This document shows, piece after piece, positions 27,350 through 40,250 of a stretch of DNA of 64,000 nt. The notes below the pieces were generated by a model. It did not search any database and was not told the origin of the DNA. It worked only from the letters and a program-made list of their open reading frames with translations. The translations under genes and the position numbers were made by a program. Within the stretch, counting starts at the first letter, position 1. Every line of letters begins with the position of its first letter. The DNA is from Bugula neritina (Eukaryota > Animalia > Bryozoa): positions 9,558,698-9,622,697 of the forward strand of contig OZ037765.1 in assembly GCA_964035545.1 (NCBI GenBank), written 5' to 3'.

Positions 27350-29364
27350 GATTATCTGTGAATATGTCACAAAACAATTTGCATTTTGAAACTGATGTTT
27401 TGCATGGCATAGAATTGTATTGCAAGAACAATATTGAAAAAACAACTATTACATAGCGTATAATTATTCACTACACTACAATTATGTAGTACTTTTTATT
27501 AAAATTGTATGTTTATTTTTAGGAGCAATTCCAGTTAACAGTAATTTAGAAATCTATAAAAAAATTGACGTTGAATCTACAAAATATAATAAAAAACTTG
27601 AAAAAAATAAGTTCAACTCACAAAGACACTTTTTGGCCTAATTATTCAACTGCATCTACCACATAGTATTATTTTAAATAGTTTTTAGGAGATGAAACTG
27701 AATGATACATTACACATGGCTCCCATAATAAAGTCATGCAATCAAAAAATTATGTAGAATAACCAAAAAGCTGTTACGGCAAAACTGTGTTACTCATCTG
27801 ATATAATGGCACAAAAAAATATTGTAAAGATTTCTGGTTCACATTTTAATACAATGTTTGTATATATTTTCAACAAAAGTCATGAACTTTAAATACTTTG
27901 ATCAAAGATTCTATAATGTTCTGCTTACCTGATTTGCTCTGCAATTCGCTTAAAATGAAATAGAGCAGTGATAGAATGCGGTTCAGAAGATATTACAATT
28001 ACATAAATTGATAATAATGATTGGCTGTTATCTAATTAGCAGACAGACTTCGTTTATGAATCCCTCACGTATGTGTGATGCTATAATTGATACTCTTATG
28101 TAAAACCAGAAAATATTTTGTATTAATTGAAATCAAGTAATTTAAATTGGAACCCAACAAATAGAAAAACCAAACAAAACACAATCACTAGTAACAAATA
28201 TTGCTACAAGTATAATATAATATTCATAATTTTTCTTAGAGATAATTTTACATACCTTGGCAGGTATGGATCACCTCTCTAATTAAAAGCATGCCAATTG
28301 TAGACCAAATTACATAAACAATATGATCTACTTATGTTTTACTGGGCTCCATTACCTGCCCCCCAACAATTGTACAAAGTTTGTGGTCTCATATTAGAAA
28401 GATGTACATATAAGGTAGACAAAAGAATTAGCAAGGTTGCTGATTTCATCATCATTATCTCATGTTTCTAGACAAATCAGAGAGAAACCTGCCTTCCAGA
28501 CAGCAATGTAGTATTTCACTGCTGTCTAGCTCACTACTTTAATTAGTGTTTTCTGTAATTATAGTATGTTTGTAAAAAGATTATTTTATTTTAAATATTT
28601 GCAATGCAATATTTTGATCAACCTGAATTTAAGCTAATCAACATTACAAATATTGTTGCCTTGACTACAGTAAAGCAGTAATAACTGATACACGGAAGGG
28701 TTTGGATGACAGCTTGTGAACATGAATATAGAAATATCATTACATCACAACATCACTACTACACGTAATGGAAGAATAACTAATATATTGCTTGTATTTA
28801 TTCACAACTATTACCAAAGTACAGCAGTCCTACAACAAAATAAAGCTTTTAAATGTAATGCAAGGGTTTAGCCATCAAAAGACGAATAGTATACAAATAA
28901 AAATTATACCATTATATTAAAAAAAGTCCAATTTTATACTGTGACTTAGCTACTAGAAAGTATTATAAAATCAAGCCATCTTTAAAATAATAACAATTAA
29001 CATTTGATAACCAACAACCCTACGTAAATTATATAACATCAGTACAGTAAAGTAAATCTCCAAAAGGAATATGAATTACTAAAATTTTTGCACCACTGGA
29101 TTATTAAACTGGAGATGAGGAGAGAGAGCTAGACAATAAGATATAATTTCAGTATGAACACCCATAAGCCACAGTTGTTTTATCTAATAAAAGCTAAGCT
29201 AGCTAGCTACATGAACAATATCTAGATTATATATAAAACATAGGGAAATTGAAATAAAATACGAATAAGTAGATTAGATGGAGGTGTTAGTCTGAAGCTG
29301 ACAATAACAAAGAAATACCACAAAGTTAGTAAGCCATGTGATAAATACAGTTCTACACAGCTCA

Positions 29365-32300
29365 TTAGTATTCAGTAGTGTATGGCTGCTCTTCATAGTA
29401 ATCTTTATATTCAGGATATTCAGTTGCAGACTCCACCACCCCTCCTTCGTAATCACCACTCAAACCAGCTGCACCGCCAGCAAATCCATAGCCTTTAGCT
29501 CCAAAATGCTTGCCATAACAGGTGCGGCAATATATCTCCCCGTCATGTTCATTTACAGTTGATGTATCCATTTTCTTACCACAAGCATCTAAAATCAGGA
29601 AAGAGCAACCTACACTGGAAATAGAACAAAAGTGAAAAGCTTCCCCTTTGAGTGGGTACGGCAAACAGTTGACTTGAATAAAATGCAAACTTTTATTTAG
29701 TAAATATTTGATGCATAATAAATTGAAAACATTTTAAAAAAAGATAAATTTGTTACTGATCGTTTGCTTGACATTTCACACAACTGGAAGCAAATTTGTT
29801 GATATTCAAATTTTATATAAATCTTCTAAGAATGAAACTAAAATGAATTGTAGCACATGAAGAAACCAGCCATAGTTAAAAAAAATAGAATTCATGTTTT
29901 ACTTTGTTTGCTTTTTTCAGCTTATTGTAGAAAAGCAAACACCATCCAAGAAAATAAGTATTGTATTGTACTGAACCACAACATATATTTGAGAATAAAC
30001 AAAATTAAATCAATGATGATATGATTTTAGCAATTTAGAATCTTATAAAATAACTGATGCAACTTTCACAATGATTATAATAATATTTTCTTCATAAATT
30101 AAACCTAATACTTATTATTCTCTTAAAATTGAATGTCTTGGACCACAGGGTTTTACTTTGGTAACACAACATTATGTTGCAACTACAATACTAACTCAAG
30201 CTGTGTAAACTAATGCACAACATGATTAAAGAAAACTCACTGCATTTCAGACAGGCTTTGTGCCACTTCACACCAATTGCAAACACCTCTTCCGCAAAAT
30301 AGACTGGCTGTTGACATCGGGGGCAAAGTGGAGCCCCGCTATAGTTTGAGGAAGGCCTTGGAACCTGAGACTCGGCATAAGAATCTCTACATAAGACAAG
30401 AAGGCTTCAGATTTCATATCGGTAAACATACAAGTGAAATACAATAAACATCTTTCTAGTTACTACCAAACAGTATGTTCTACAAAGAATATTGAACAAG
30501 ACTCCTTTGTCATTGAGTTAGAAGTTTCATGTCATGAAAATAGTTGTCGATGCCTCACCTTCGAACGACCTCATCATCATTATCATCATCTCTATTGGCA
30601 GAGAGACCAGCCGAGCCTCCAGCAAAGCCGTAGCCTTTAGGACCAAAAAGTTTCCCATAGCATGACTTACAGTACGGTTTGTCACCATGTTCCTGGAAAC
30701 TTCCAATTCCAAGCAACTTATTGCATTCTTCTACAACAGATAGATGAGAAAACCATGAACACAAATTATTGCTTGGGTTGAACAAATAAAACGGTATGTG
30801 TGTAATTTATATCTATATATCCAAACAACATATTGTTTTATGTCTAGGAAATTGTTGTGAACTGTGGCTAAAAGAAAAGCAGGCAATGAAGTAATAGCGA
30901 CATAATTTCTTCTCTGGCATAAATAGAATAACACACAATCTGTACTCACCACACTTGAGACACAGTTTATGCCACTTTCTACGGCAAGCTATAACTTCTT
31001 CAGCAAAGTACACTATCTTATTACACTTGAAGCACTTTGGGCCAACAGAAGAAGACGACTCCTCCCCTCTAACACTTGCCCCTTGAGCAGCAGCATAGCT
31101 ATCACTGCAGCGAGACATTTATATTTCACATACATATATTATTTGTAAATATAACATAAAACTAAACAATATTAATGACTGATAACAAGATTGTAAGATA
31201 TAGTGAGACAAATTACCAATTGCAGCAACGCAAATAACTCAAAGTTACCCAAAATGTCTATCATGGGTATTAGAATATGATATGCATACAATATTTACAG
31301 AACAACTCAAGATAATATTCATAAGCAGAAGGAGGGCAGGGAGTATTGATTAGAACACTTACACATATGTTATTAAAGCACGCGTCTTGCGTACACAGTG
31401 CTATGCGTGGTGTTGCTATGACAATAACAACAACATTGATTCCCTCAAAGCAGCAGAATTACAGAAAAGAGGCAGCGACACCAGCAGCAGTAGTCCAGTT
31501 ACCAACTAGACACCATAAACCACAAGCTTTTAGACAGTTGGCAGCACACAGTGCATATAGCAAAACACACGGTGAACTACATCTAAGGTTATGCGGCAGA
31601 AATAACTACTCTGTAAATCACAATCTATAAGAAAGATCTACTAGCAGCTCAGCACTATGAACAAACAAAGAGTTTGTAATATTAAGGTACATTTTATTCA
31701 ACAAAACAGTATTAGTATTGTGAATAGATAATAACTAAAAGGTGAGAGCAGAGGTGAAACGCTACAGTTAGTTAGAAAACAGCATAAATTCTCCGAACAG
31801 CCAGACAAGGTGATCTACTCCTAGCGTCTGTATGCTGAAGCTGAAGTTTGCACTAGCAGTACCTTCGACTAGTACCATCTGCTCCATAGCTATTGGACGA
31901 GAGCCCTGAAGCTCCGCCTGCAAACCCATACCCTTTCGGACCAAAGCATTTACCATAGCAAACTTTGCAGTAGGGATTACCACCATTCTCTTGGAGAGAC
32001 CCAGAGTCTAGCATTTTGTTGCAGGAAGCTGCGTGTAAGAAACACAAACACACAGTCACAGGCAGGGTTGGGGTAATTGTAATTTGTAATTGTAATTGGC
32101 TGTAATTAATTACATTTTTCCAAGTAATTGAATGTAATTTGTAATTGAGGTTTAAAAATGTAATTGTAATTGTAATTGTAATTAATTACATATCTAATGT
32201 AATTGATTTTAACAATTACTTTATAATTACACGTCAATTACTTCAAACTTTTAAATCTTAAAAAACTCTTTCTTATTCTACAATGCCTACTGTTAAATAA

Positions 32301-35300
32301 CAAGTTCAGATAGTTAGGTCAATATAGTAGGGTCATTCCATGCCAGCTCACCGAATTGCCCGCGTCTATTTGCGTCTCAGATTTTGTTCATGTTTACACC
32401 AAATAGACCTACACATGCCTCAAGTACTCTTCTTCAGTATTTCTGACCTGACACAATTTTTTTTTGAGAACTGACTACTTTTGTGGACAAAGGTTGAGAA
32501 ACATTTTGAGGAAAATTTGTGATTTCTACTTTTAGACTAATCTATAAGCGTCTATATCTCAATCATTTTTCTAGACTGAGCCTTAAAATTTGCTGTGTGA
32601 TTTGATAATACCTATCAATTTGCACTAGTAGCAACACATACTACAGAATATTTTGTGTGCATATATGCAAAGTCATTGAATATGAACAAATCTTTGTAAA
32701 TTTTGAAAAATTTCAAATACTCGCCTAATCAAATTTTAAATTACTTATAAATTGGTCTAAAAGTATAAATCACAAATTTTCCTCAAAATATTTTCCAACC
32801 TTTGTTCACCAAAGTAGTAATTTTTCAAAATGTTTTTGTGTCAGGCCAGAAATATTCACGAATGGTAATCTGAACATGTGTAGGTCCATTTAGTGTAAAT
32901 ATGAGCAAAATCTGAGACACAAAGACGTGGGACCCTTTGAAAGTTGGTTGATTTGGTATGGAATGACATAATAGTATCACTGTAGAAAACAAAAGAGGTT
33001 CACCACTGTCAACATTGCCCCTGGTAGTTGGACCCTAGAAGTGACTTCTATTTATTCCTTGTGAGAACAAAAGTAATTGTAATTGTAATTAATTACATTG
33101 CCATGTAATTGTAATTGTAATTAATTACATTTATTTTTAACTGTAATTATAATTGTAATTGTAATTGACAAATCTTCATGTAATTGTAATTGTAATTAAT
33201 TACATTTACTTGTAATTGACCCCAACCCTGGTCACAGGTATGGCTACAAGATGCTCATCAGGGTTATATTGAATGTCAATATTTACTGCCACACAACATA
33301 AAATTATCGACTTGAACCAACATGGGAAGAAAGTTATACACATTCTGTCCATGCCTTATAGTTTAATTAATCATAACATTTCTCAACAGCACAATAAAGC
33401 AAAACACTATGCAGAAAAAACAAGGAATCACCACACCATGCATTTACTAGTTATAAGTTAACTATAAGTTGTAAAAGACTTGACCGAACATATCCATAAA
33501 CCAATTAATCAACCTATTCCCTCAGTATAAGTAGTGTGCACAAATGATACACATGACTAATCTTAACCTGTGACATGTTATGATAACAAGTACTAGACAA
33601 AACTAAACATTGCAGGACATTTAACAAAGTTAAGATGCCAGCATAAAGTGAAGACATAGGTAGGCGCAGTAATGGAGAAGTTAAGAAGAGCTTGCCTTCT
33701 CGATTAGAAATGTAACAAAAGAAGTTATGTTTTCGGGAGAATGTTAACCCGCGCCCCAAACCAAAATTTAATAAAAATATTAAAGAACTTAGGCTATCTC
33801 AATTTCTCAACTACTGCTCCTACATGTGAATATAGAAACTCACTGCATTTGAGACAAGTTTTATGCCATTTCTTTCCAACAGCAATAATTTCCTCAGCGA
33901 AATACACAGTTTTCTCACACTTCGGGCATCTGGGTCCTGAACTAAATTTCGACTGCTTACCAGCAATAGGTGCTGCTTGAGCCTCTGCATAAGATGTTCT
34001 GTAATAAGCAGATGGAGTGAAATAAACAACAGCAGCAGCGGTCATGCAGCCTGAGAAATGTTAAACATGGAAATGCGTTTATTAGTCTCAGTCTAGACTC
34101 TAGTGTAATGCTCTGTCTAAAACCAACATCTGGTGACACCATCATATGCAACATCTCTAACTTTTGAATCGAAAATGGTTTCAAACACCAGTTTATAATG
34201 TTGCCAGCAGTTGCCAAACTATTTATGGACACAATAAAACAACAATAGAATCCATTTCAACATTCAAATGTAGTTTTGTGAGAAAGTGGAGTTGCTACTA
34301 ACTTTTGAGGTCTGCTGTTTTCAGTATCGTTGGCTGAGAGACCAGCCGAACCACCAGCAAACCCATAGCCTTTAGGGCCAAACAGCTTCCCATAGCATGG
34401 TTTACAAAATGCATCGCCATCATGTTCAGTGACAGACCCTCTGTCCAACAGTTTATTACAATTTCCTAAAGTAAAAGGTTTCAATGTATTGCATAATTGG
34501 CTACTAGAACTGTAATACAGATGAATATATTATTCACATGCAAAGTGAAGTTGAATAACCAGGAGATCTATGTTGAGAACTGAATACAATTAACGATTGA
34601 TTCTTTATACATAGCTAATTCCCTACCAGGAGGTTAGTTAGTTTATAAGTGTCTCCTATTATTTACTCTACAGTAGCAGTGAAAGCATCAAGTTCTCCTC
34701 TAAGCAATAGCATGGGCCTTAATCAAACTCTAGGGAACAGCCATCCCTCAACAGTAACTAAAGTTGTGTACAATTGCTGCAAAAAGTATCTGGTGTATAC
34801 TCACACATAGTGATGCTATATCAACCTGTTTTATCTAATTTAAGAACATCACCATAAAGCAAGCTTAGGGTTGAGCTAATATCATAAAATCAATGAATGA
34901 ACTTGGCTATTGCTTGTATTCAATTGAATTTTAGACCTCTGGAATACTTTTCATCTGGCCTTTAACCTCTAGTTTACTTCTGTAAATTTTTGAAACACAC
35001 AAAGGTAAAGTTCCATGAGATAAATGGTCTGATAATATTAAATTCTCACCACATTTTAAGCACATCTTGTGCCATTTCTGCCCAATAGCTATGGTTTCCT
35101 CAGCAAAGTAGACTGGTTTGCCACATCGAGGACATCCTTGCTTGAAGAGTTTGCCAGTATTACCGTCTGTTGAATTGTGGCTGTGCCTGCAGATCAATAA
35201 AATATATTGTAGAATGAGACAAGTATAGAAAGTGAAGCATATGAAGACATATTTGGCCTTAGATTTATGCCTATACTTACCTGTGTATATACACAAGTAG

Positions 35301-37286
35301 CAACACCGACTTGAAGTCACTTTACTTTTTATACAAAGTTTAAATGTTTTAAAATTGCCTCTTTCCATTTAATTTTCTGGTACATTATGCTTTGGCGGCG
35401 AGTTATGAGTTATCCAATTTTTATACCAACTTTGAATGGTGAGAAGACACACAATCTATGAAGAGGATAACATGTTAGGACAAAATTTGTCAACTAACAA
35501 CTCTAAAATTACACAATTTAAAAATGCCTTAAGCAAGCATGTATACAGCTGCAAGCAGAGTGTTAGTTATGTAGGGAGTGTCTAACTTAGCCTACAAGAC
35601 ATAAGGTGAGCTTACCATTTAGGGACCTCTGTCGGTAGTAAGCTACAAGTGCCTTAGGCTGGTTCTGACATAATTGTTCTAAAACATTGCATATGGGGTT
35701 TAGATCCCACTGAGACAGACAGCTTTTCTAATACTTTGGGCCTTGAAACAAACCATCACAAGTTTAAAAATGATATCCAGAAATTCGTTAATTTTTAAAT
35801 TAGTAATCTACCAACTTCTATTTAAAATGTGCAAGTTCTCAGACTTATTATAATGTGGTTGAACAGTGATGCTGTGGGACAAAATTTTTCCTTTAGACTA
35901 CCGCTTCAACACTATCCAGCAATTTGCTCAAGTCTATAAACTCTTAAAACTATTTTATTAAAATAATAAATAGTACATTTGCTAACATATATTTTAAAAA
36001 TATTTTCCCAATTTTACTACAGATCAATTTGATGAATTACAGTAATGCACCATAACCCAGCAGCCTACTATAATGGCAGACAATTCTACTAGTAGCCTAT
36101 ACTTATCTCAAAAATAGAAAAGTAAACTTTTATCTAAATAGTTGACATTCCTCTACTTAATAGGTTGTTTGCTTAGGTAACTAGCCATGCCTTAATGGAA
36201 TACGATAAGCTAGAGTACTGCACACAGCCATGACTTGAAGAACCGGAATGCAAACATTGCATTGATAAGATCACTGCTTCTATACACAACATGCCTATTA
36301 CATAATTACTACACTGTGCGTGAGCAAGGCAGTGCAAGTGTAACAGAGTCTATCACAGATAATTAACTTGTTGAAGCAACTTCCGAATAATTTATGTAAA
36401 TCACAGTAATGCTTGAATGGTCACCAAAACAAAAAAAAGTTTTCTATACATTGGAGTAAATAACATAATCAGTTACCACATGTATTGATTACGGAATGGA
36501 ATGTTCTGACTCATCAGTATTTTAGGTACTTGAGTCAAGTATAAACTATTGTACTAAGTTCTTAGCTTATCCACCTAGCCACATGCAAGATTGTTTCTTT
36601 ATGTGAAGAGGTAACAGAAAAACATGTGCTGCAAAAGAGTTACTAACTGTCTCCCACAAAAAACTAATTATGAGCAACTTACCCCATACTGACTGGAGCT
36701 GCAGTTTTCGGTGCAAAGTTCCGAGTGTAACATGTTTTACAATAAATGTCATTCTCATGTTCATTCAAAGTAAAACTCTCAAGAGCTTTGTTACAGCTAC
36801 CTATAAAAACAATCGTAATATTATATTGAATAGAACGATTTAAAGGTGAAAAGTAAGTCATTGAAAGTAAGTTATATTCTTGATATATCAGAACTAAAAC
36901 CTACAGATAAATTAAAGATGATAAAATAAAGAATTTTTTGCATGACTGAAAAGCTTATTGTTTAAACTGATGTAATAGTATTTTATACACTGTCAAATAT
37001 ATTACGAAATGCTGGAAAATGAATATTTTCACAAAAATAATAATTTACCCTTGCACAATACATTGATAAAACACTTAATCTTCTACCTCATAAAATACAT
37101 GTTTATAATGCATATAATATTTTGTCACCAGGTAGAATTAGGTGGGTGAAAAATAAAATATTTACCACATGTTAGGCACCGCTTATGCCACTTCTGACCC
37201 CTAGCAATTGCTTCTTCAGCAAAATATACCGACTTCAAACAACGAGGACATTTCGGGGCACCACCTAAACCCGCTAAGGATGCCAT
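29365..37286 (-). CDS. Five-LIM cysteine/glycine-rich muscle LIM protein (CRP family, Mlp84B-like architecture), 518 aa
   Basis: Exons 37286-37166, 36800-36683, 35186-35050, 34465-34303, 33998-33844, 32028-31863, 31104-30950, 30730-30559, 30386-30241, 29588-29365 (1557 nt, in frame). Five CxxC..VYFAEE..KWHKxCLxC|xCxKxLD..YCKxCY domains; LIM2-5 are followed by FG(P/A)KGYGFAGG. Confidence 0.92.
32063..33230. mobile_element. Non-autonomous hAT-type element with 8-bp TSD
   Basis: TIR CAGGGTTGGGG / CCCCAACCCTG, perfect TSD GTCACAGG (32055-32062, 33231-33238), subterminal arrays of GTAATT hexamers at both ends; intronic in the five-LIM gene. Confidence 0.92.
32330..32970. mobile_element. Long-TIR non-autonomous element (family B) nested in the hAT element
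   Basis: GGGTCATTCCA... / ...TGGAATGAC termini with ~225 bp imperfect inverted arms (ctcagattttgttcatgtttacaccaaatagacctacacatg vs catgtgtaggtccatttagtgtaaatatgagcaaaatctgag). Second copy at 62719. Confidence 0.85.
33663..33820. mobile_element. MITE family A copy 2, TA-flanked
   Basis: TA|ggcgcagtaatggagaagtt ... aatttctcaactactgctcc|TA; opposite orientation to copy 1. Confidence 0.85.
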
Positions 37287-37724
37287 CTGACCAATATAAA
37301 TCACAAGATACTTCTAATCTCTACAACAAGTGTGGCGCAATTTATTAAATTTTTTCCTCTCTTAGTCTTTCGCCTCCTTGGTGTAAATATAAGCTTTTTT
37401 ACAATACAGTGGCTCATTAATATAATTGCATGTTTTTAACTTGAGAACATGACACAACTATAAATTCCAGGATTGAAAATTTTAACTTAAACTGCTAATT
37501 TTAGAGGTCATTGGCTGCAGATAAATAGTAAACAGCTAATATTTTTATGAACATTGGAAGAGCCAAAATCTTTAAAAAAAATTCACACAAATAGAGCAAG
37601 ATCAGCAAATAGTACTTATTACTATTATTACATTATCATTATTAATGTTTCATAAGCAAAATGATACATAGACTAGATTAAGTTACAAAATCTAACAATG
37701 TCAGTGGTGTGTGACGATTTTAGG

Positions 37725-37955
37725 TAAAAAATAGGACAGGTAAAAATGGCACAGGTAATAGTGGCACAAATCGAAAAGTAGATAAAAATGGCACAGAGAT
37801 GCTAATTTTCCCCAAACCCCCAACCCTTAAACCCGAACCCCAAACCCCCCATCCTCAAACCCCTAACCACCACCTCAAACCCTGATATTGAAGTGTGCCA
37901 GTTTTGCCTACTTTGCCATTTGTGCTGTTATTACCTGTGCCTTTTTTAGCAGTGC
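37725..37955. mobile_element. Small fold-back non-autonomous element with GGCACA repeats and C-rich core
   Basis: Left repeats ggacaggtaaaaatggcacaggtaatagtggcaca mirrored by tgtgccagttttgcc..tgtgctgttattacctgtgcc, around an (aaacccc)n-like core. Confidence 0.6.
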
Positions 37956-38099
37956 AATGAGACCGTGAGGGACACACCAGTTTGAAAAAAGTAGCAACAA
38001 ATGAAATTCAATACTGGTGACTATTTATATTGTAAATTTAGTAAACAGCTTTCATTTTGTTTATGCAGAAAAATGTAGGTCTAAAATTGACAATTTAGT

Positions 38100-40250
38100 A
38101 TAAGTTAACCATAGGCATAGCTATAACAGTATAAGTGAGTATCACTATCAGTATCACAGCATCAGCATGAGTACCACATTCACTATCAGTATCAGTATGA
38201 GTCATGGTCTAACTCTATGGGTATAATAACTATGTCTATAGTGATAGTCTATAAGTATAATACAATCACTATAGCCTATGGCTATAAGTATAGGTATTGC
38301 TATTACTATTAGTATTACTATTAGTATAACCATTACCAGGGTAGGCGATAGCCGATAAAGATAAGACTAAATTATATTTATTGTAAATATTAAATTTAAT
38401 ATCCCAAATACGAAATAACTGTACTATTAGTATTAGTATTAGTACTATAACTATAATATTAATAATAATATCATTATGATTATCAATATGTATAACTATA
38501 AGCACAGTCATATTGAATATATAATTAATAATTATAATAATAATTATTACTATGAACACTTACACTTTGACTTACAGTATCACTTTTTAGTTTTTGAAAA
38601 AAAAAACTAAATCAAAAGAAAATGAAAATGTAATCTTTAACCTTAAGTTTAATAATTATAATAAATATAATTTGAGCTATTTTTATTTTAAATTACTAAA
38701 TTAGTATTCATCATAATGATAATCATAATGTGATCATAATCAAAACGTTGCTTTTAACGGCATTTTCGCAACACATTACTGATTACTGAATGATTAATTA
38801 TAATGATAATCATTATTGTTAGTGTTTGCCAAAAGTGAACCACGATATAACCATTACAGTATAGTAATAGTTGCATTTGTGTTAGACTGGTGGCTATTCA
38901 TTTGGCTATTCTATTGTTATGAAAACAACAATTTCAATTTGTCAATTATCGTAAGCTCGACATGACAGACAACCTCAGACGTGATTCGTTGTTTAAGAAT
39001 ACGGTTTCAATTTACTTAAACAAATCAGAGTAGCAGAGTATTTAAATAAGCCAATTAAAATTTTAATAAAATCCTAAGCAAAGTCTACATCGCTTGCGAG
39101 ATGCATTTGTTATGCCCGATTTTCCTTACGTTATAACCGAAATTCTACAAGCATGGTTACAACTCATCCACTCCAGTAAACTTCTACTTAAACTTACAGT
39201 TTAAAGTTAATGTTTTACATAAATGATAGAACCTTAAAGCCAAAGTAAAAACCAAGTCATTGTTAAAGTGACAGTGAAAGCTGGGGTTAAAGATGTCGCA
39301 AATGTATGTGATTGTGTATAAATATTAAATAAAGGCAACCACCACCGCATTACGTCAGTTTTACTGATCGTCATTGACTGTTGAGTTTTGAGTGATCACG
39401 GTCACTGTCGGCGTGACAGCATCACCAGGCATCAGATTCACTTTCAGTCATCACTCATCACCATGTCTGTACCTAACATACGAAACGAGATTGGACCGTA
39501 CAAAGCTACAAAACTGGTAAGTGACCAATTTGAATAATTTCAGTAAATGTAGCAATCCTGATATTTTAATTCATATTAATATTCATATTCATATTGGTAT
39601 TGATATTGAATTTGATAATCATAATGATATTCAATTTGAATTTCCAATTCATATTAAGCATCCAACATTAATATTCTTATTGAATTCATGTTCATATTGA
39701 TGTTGAAATTTGATAATGATATTGCCATGGTCACACGAGTAATATAAAATATTAATATAAATTATTAAATAATAAAATTAAATGTCAATTGTCATTGAAT
39801 GCTATTGTCATTAAATTTGTTATACTATTACTGTAACAATTGGTAAATGTAATTGATAAAATTATAATAATTATAATTACAATATCAGTAACAATATGAA
39901 TACCGATATCTCTTCTTCTAATGCTTCTAGAATTAATATAATCATTGTATTATTATAATTTAAATTATAGTTTAGTGTAAAACTAAATGTAATATTAAAT
40001 TATTAATAAGTATTAATCTTATGATTTTATGCATAATTATTTAATTATTGCTACATGTAAATGTAGTGGCACTAGTAGTGGTAATACTAATACTAATGGT
40101 AATCCTCAACACTGAATAATTTAAATAAGTTGTGAGCTAATTTCACTTTGCACAAACTGTGCTGATAAGTCATAAGACTAAGTAACTTGGTAATACTAAT
40201 AGGATAGTAATACCTATGTCTTATAGTGCAATAAATTCTCTTAGATTGAG
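38100..40250. promoter_or_regulatory. Divergent five-LIM/DEPDC1 promoter region: CpG-containing core (~38950-39500) flanked by 6-bp periodic domain 3, which extends into DEPDC1 intron 1
   Basis: Head-to-head gene starts; core with CpGs, AGCCAAT and TACGTCA. Flank 39569-39657 reads attcat attaat attcat attcat attggt attgat attgaa tttgat aatcat aatgat attcaa tttgaa. Confidence 0.65.

Noticed and set aside
36465-36525. Possible C/D box snoRNA or second hammerhead on the minus strand (CTGATGA...CTGA)
   Set aside because: Only ~50 nt, no convincing terminal stem or C'/D' boxes, and no GAAA/stem II for a hammerhead.
38269-38559. Ile/Asn-rich ORF suggesting the periodic domains are coding
   Set aside because: 3n periodicity of ANT units keeps frames open by chance; no consistent strand, splice structure or homology across the four domains.
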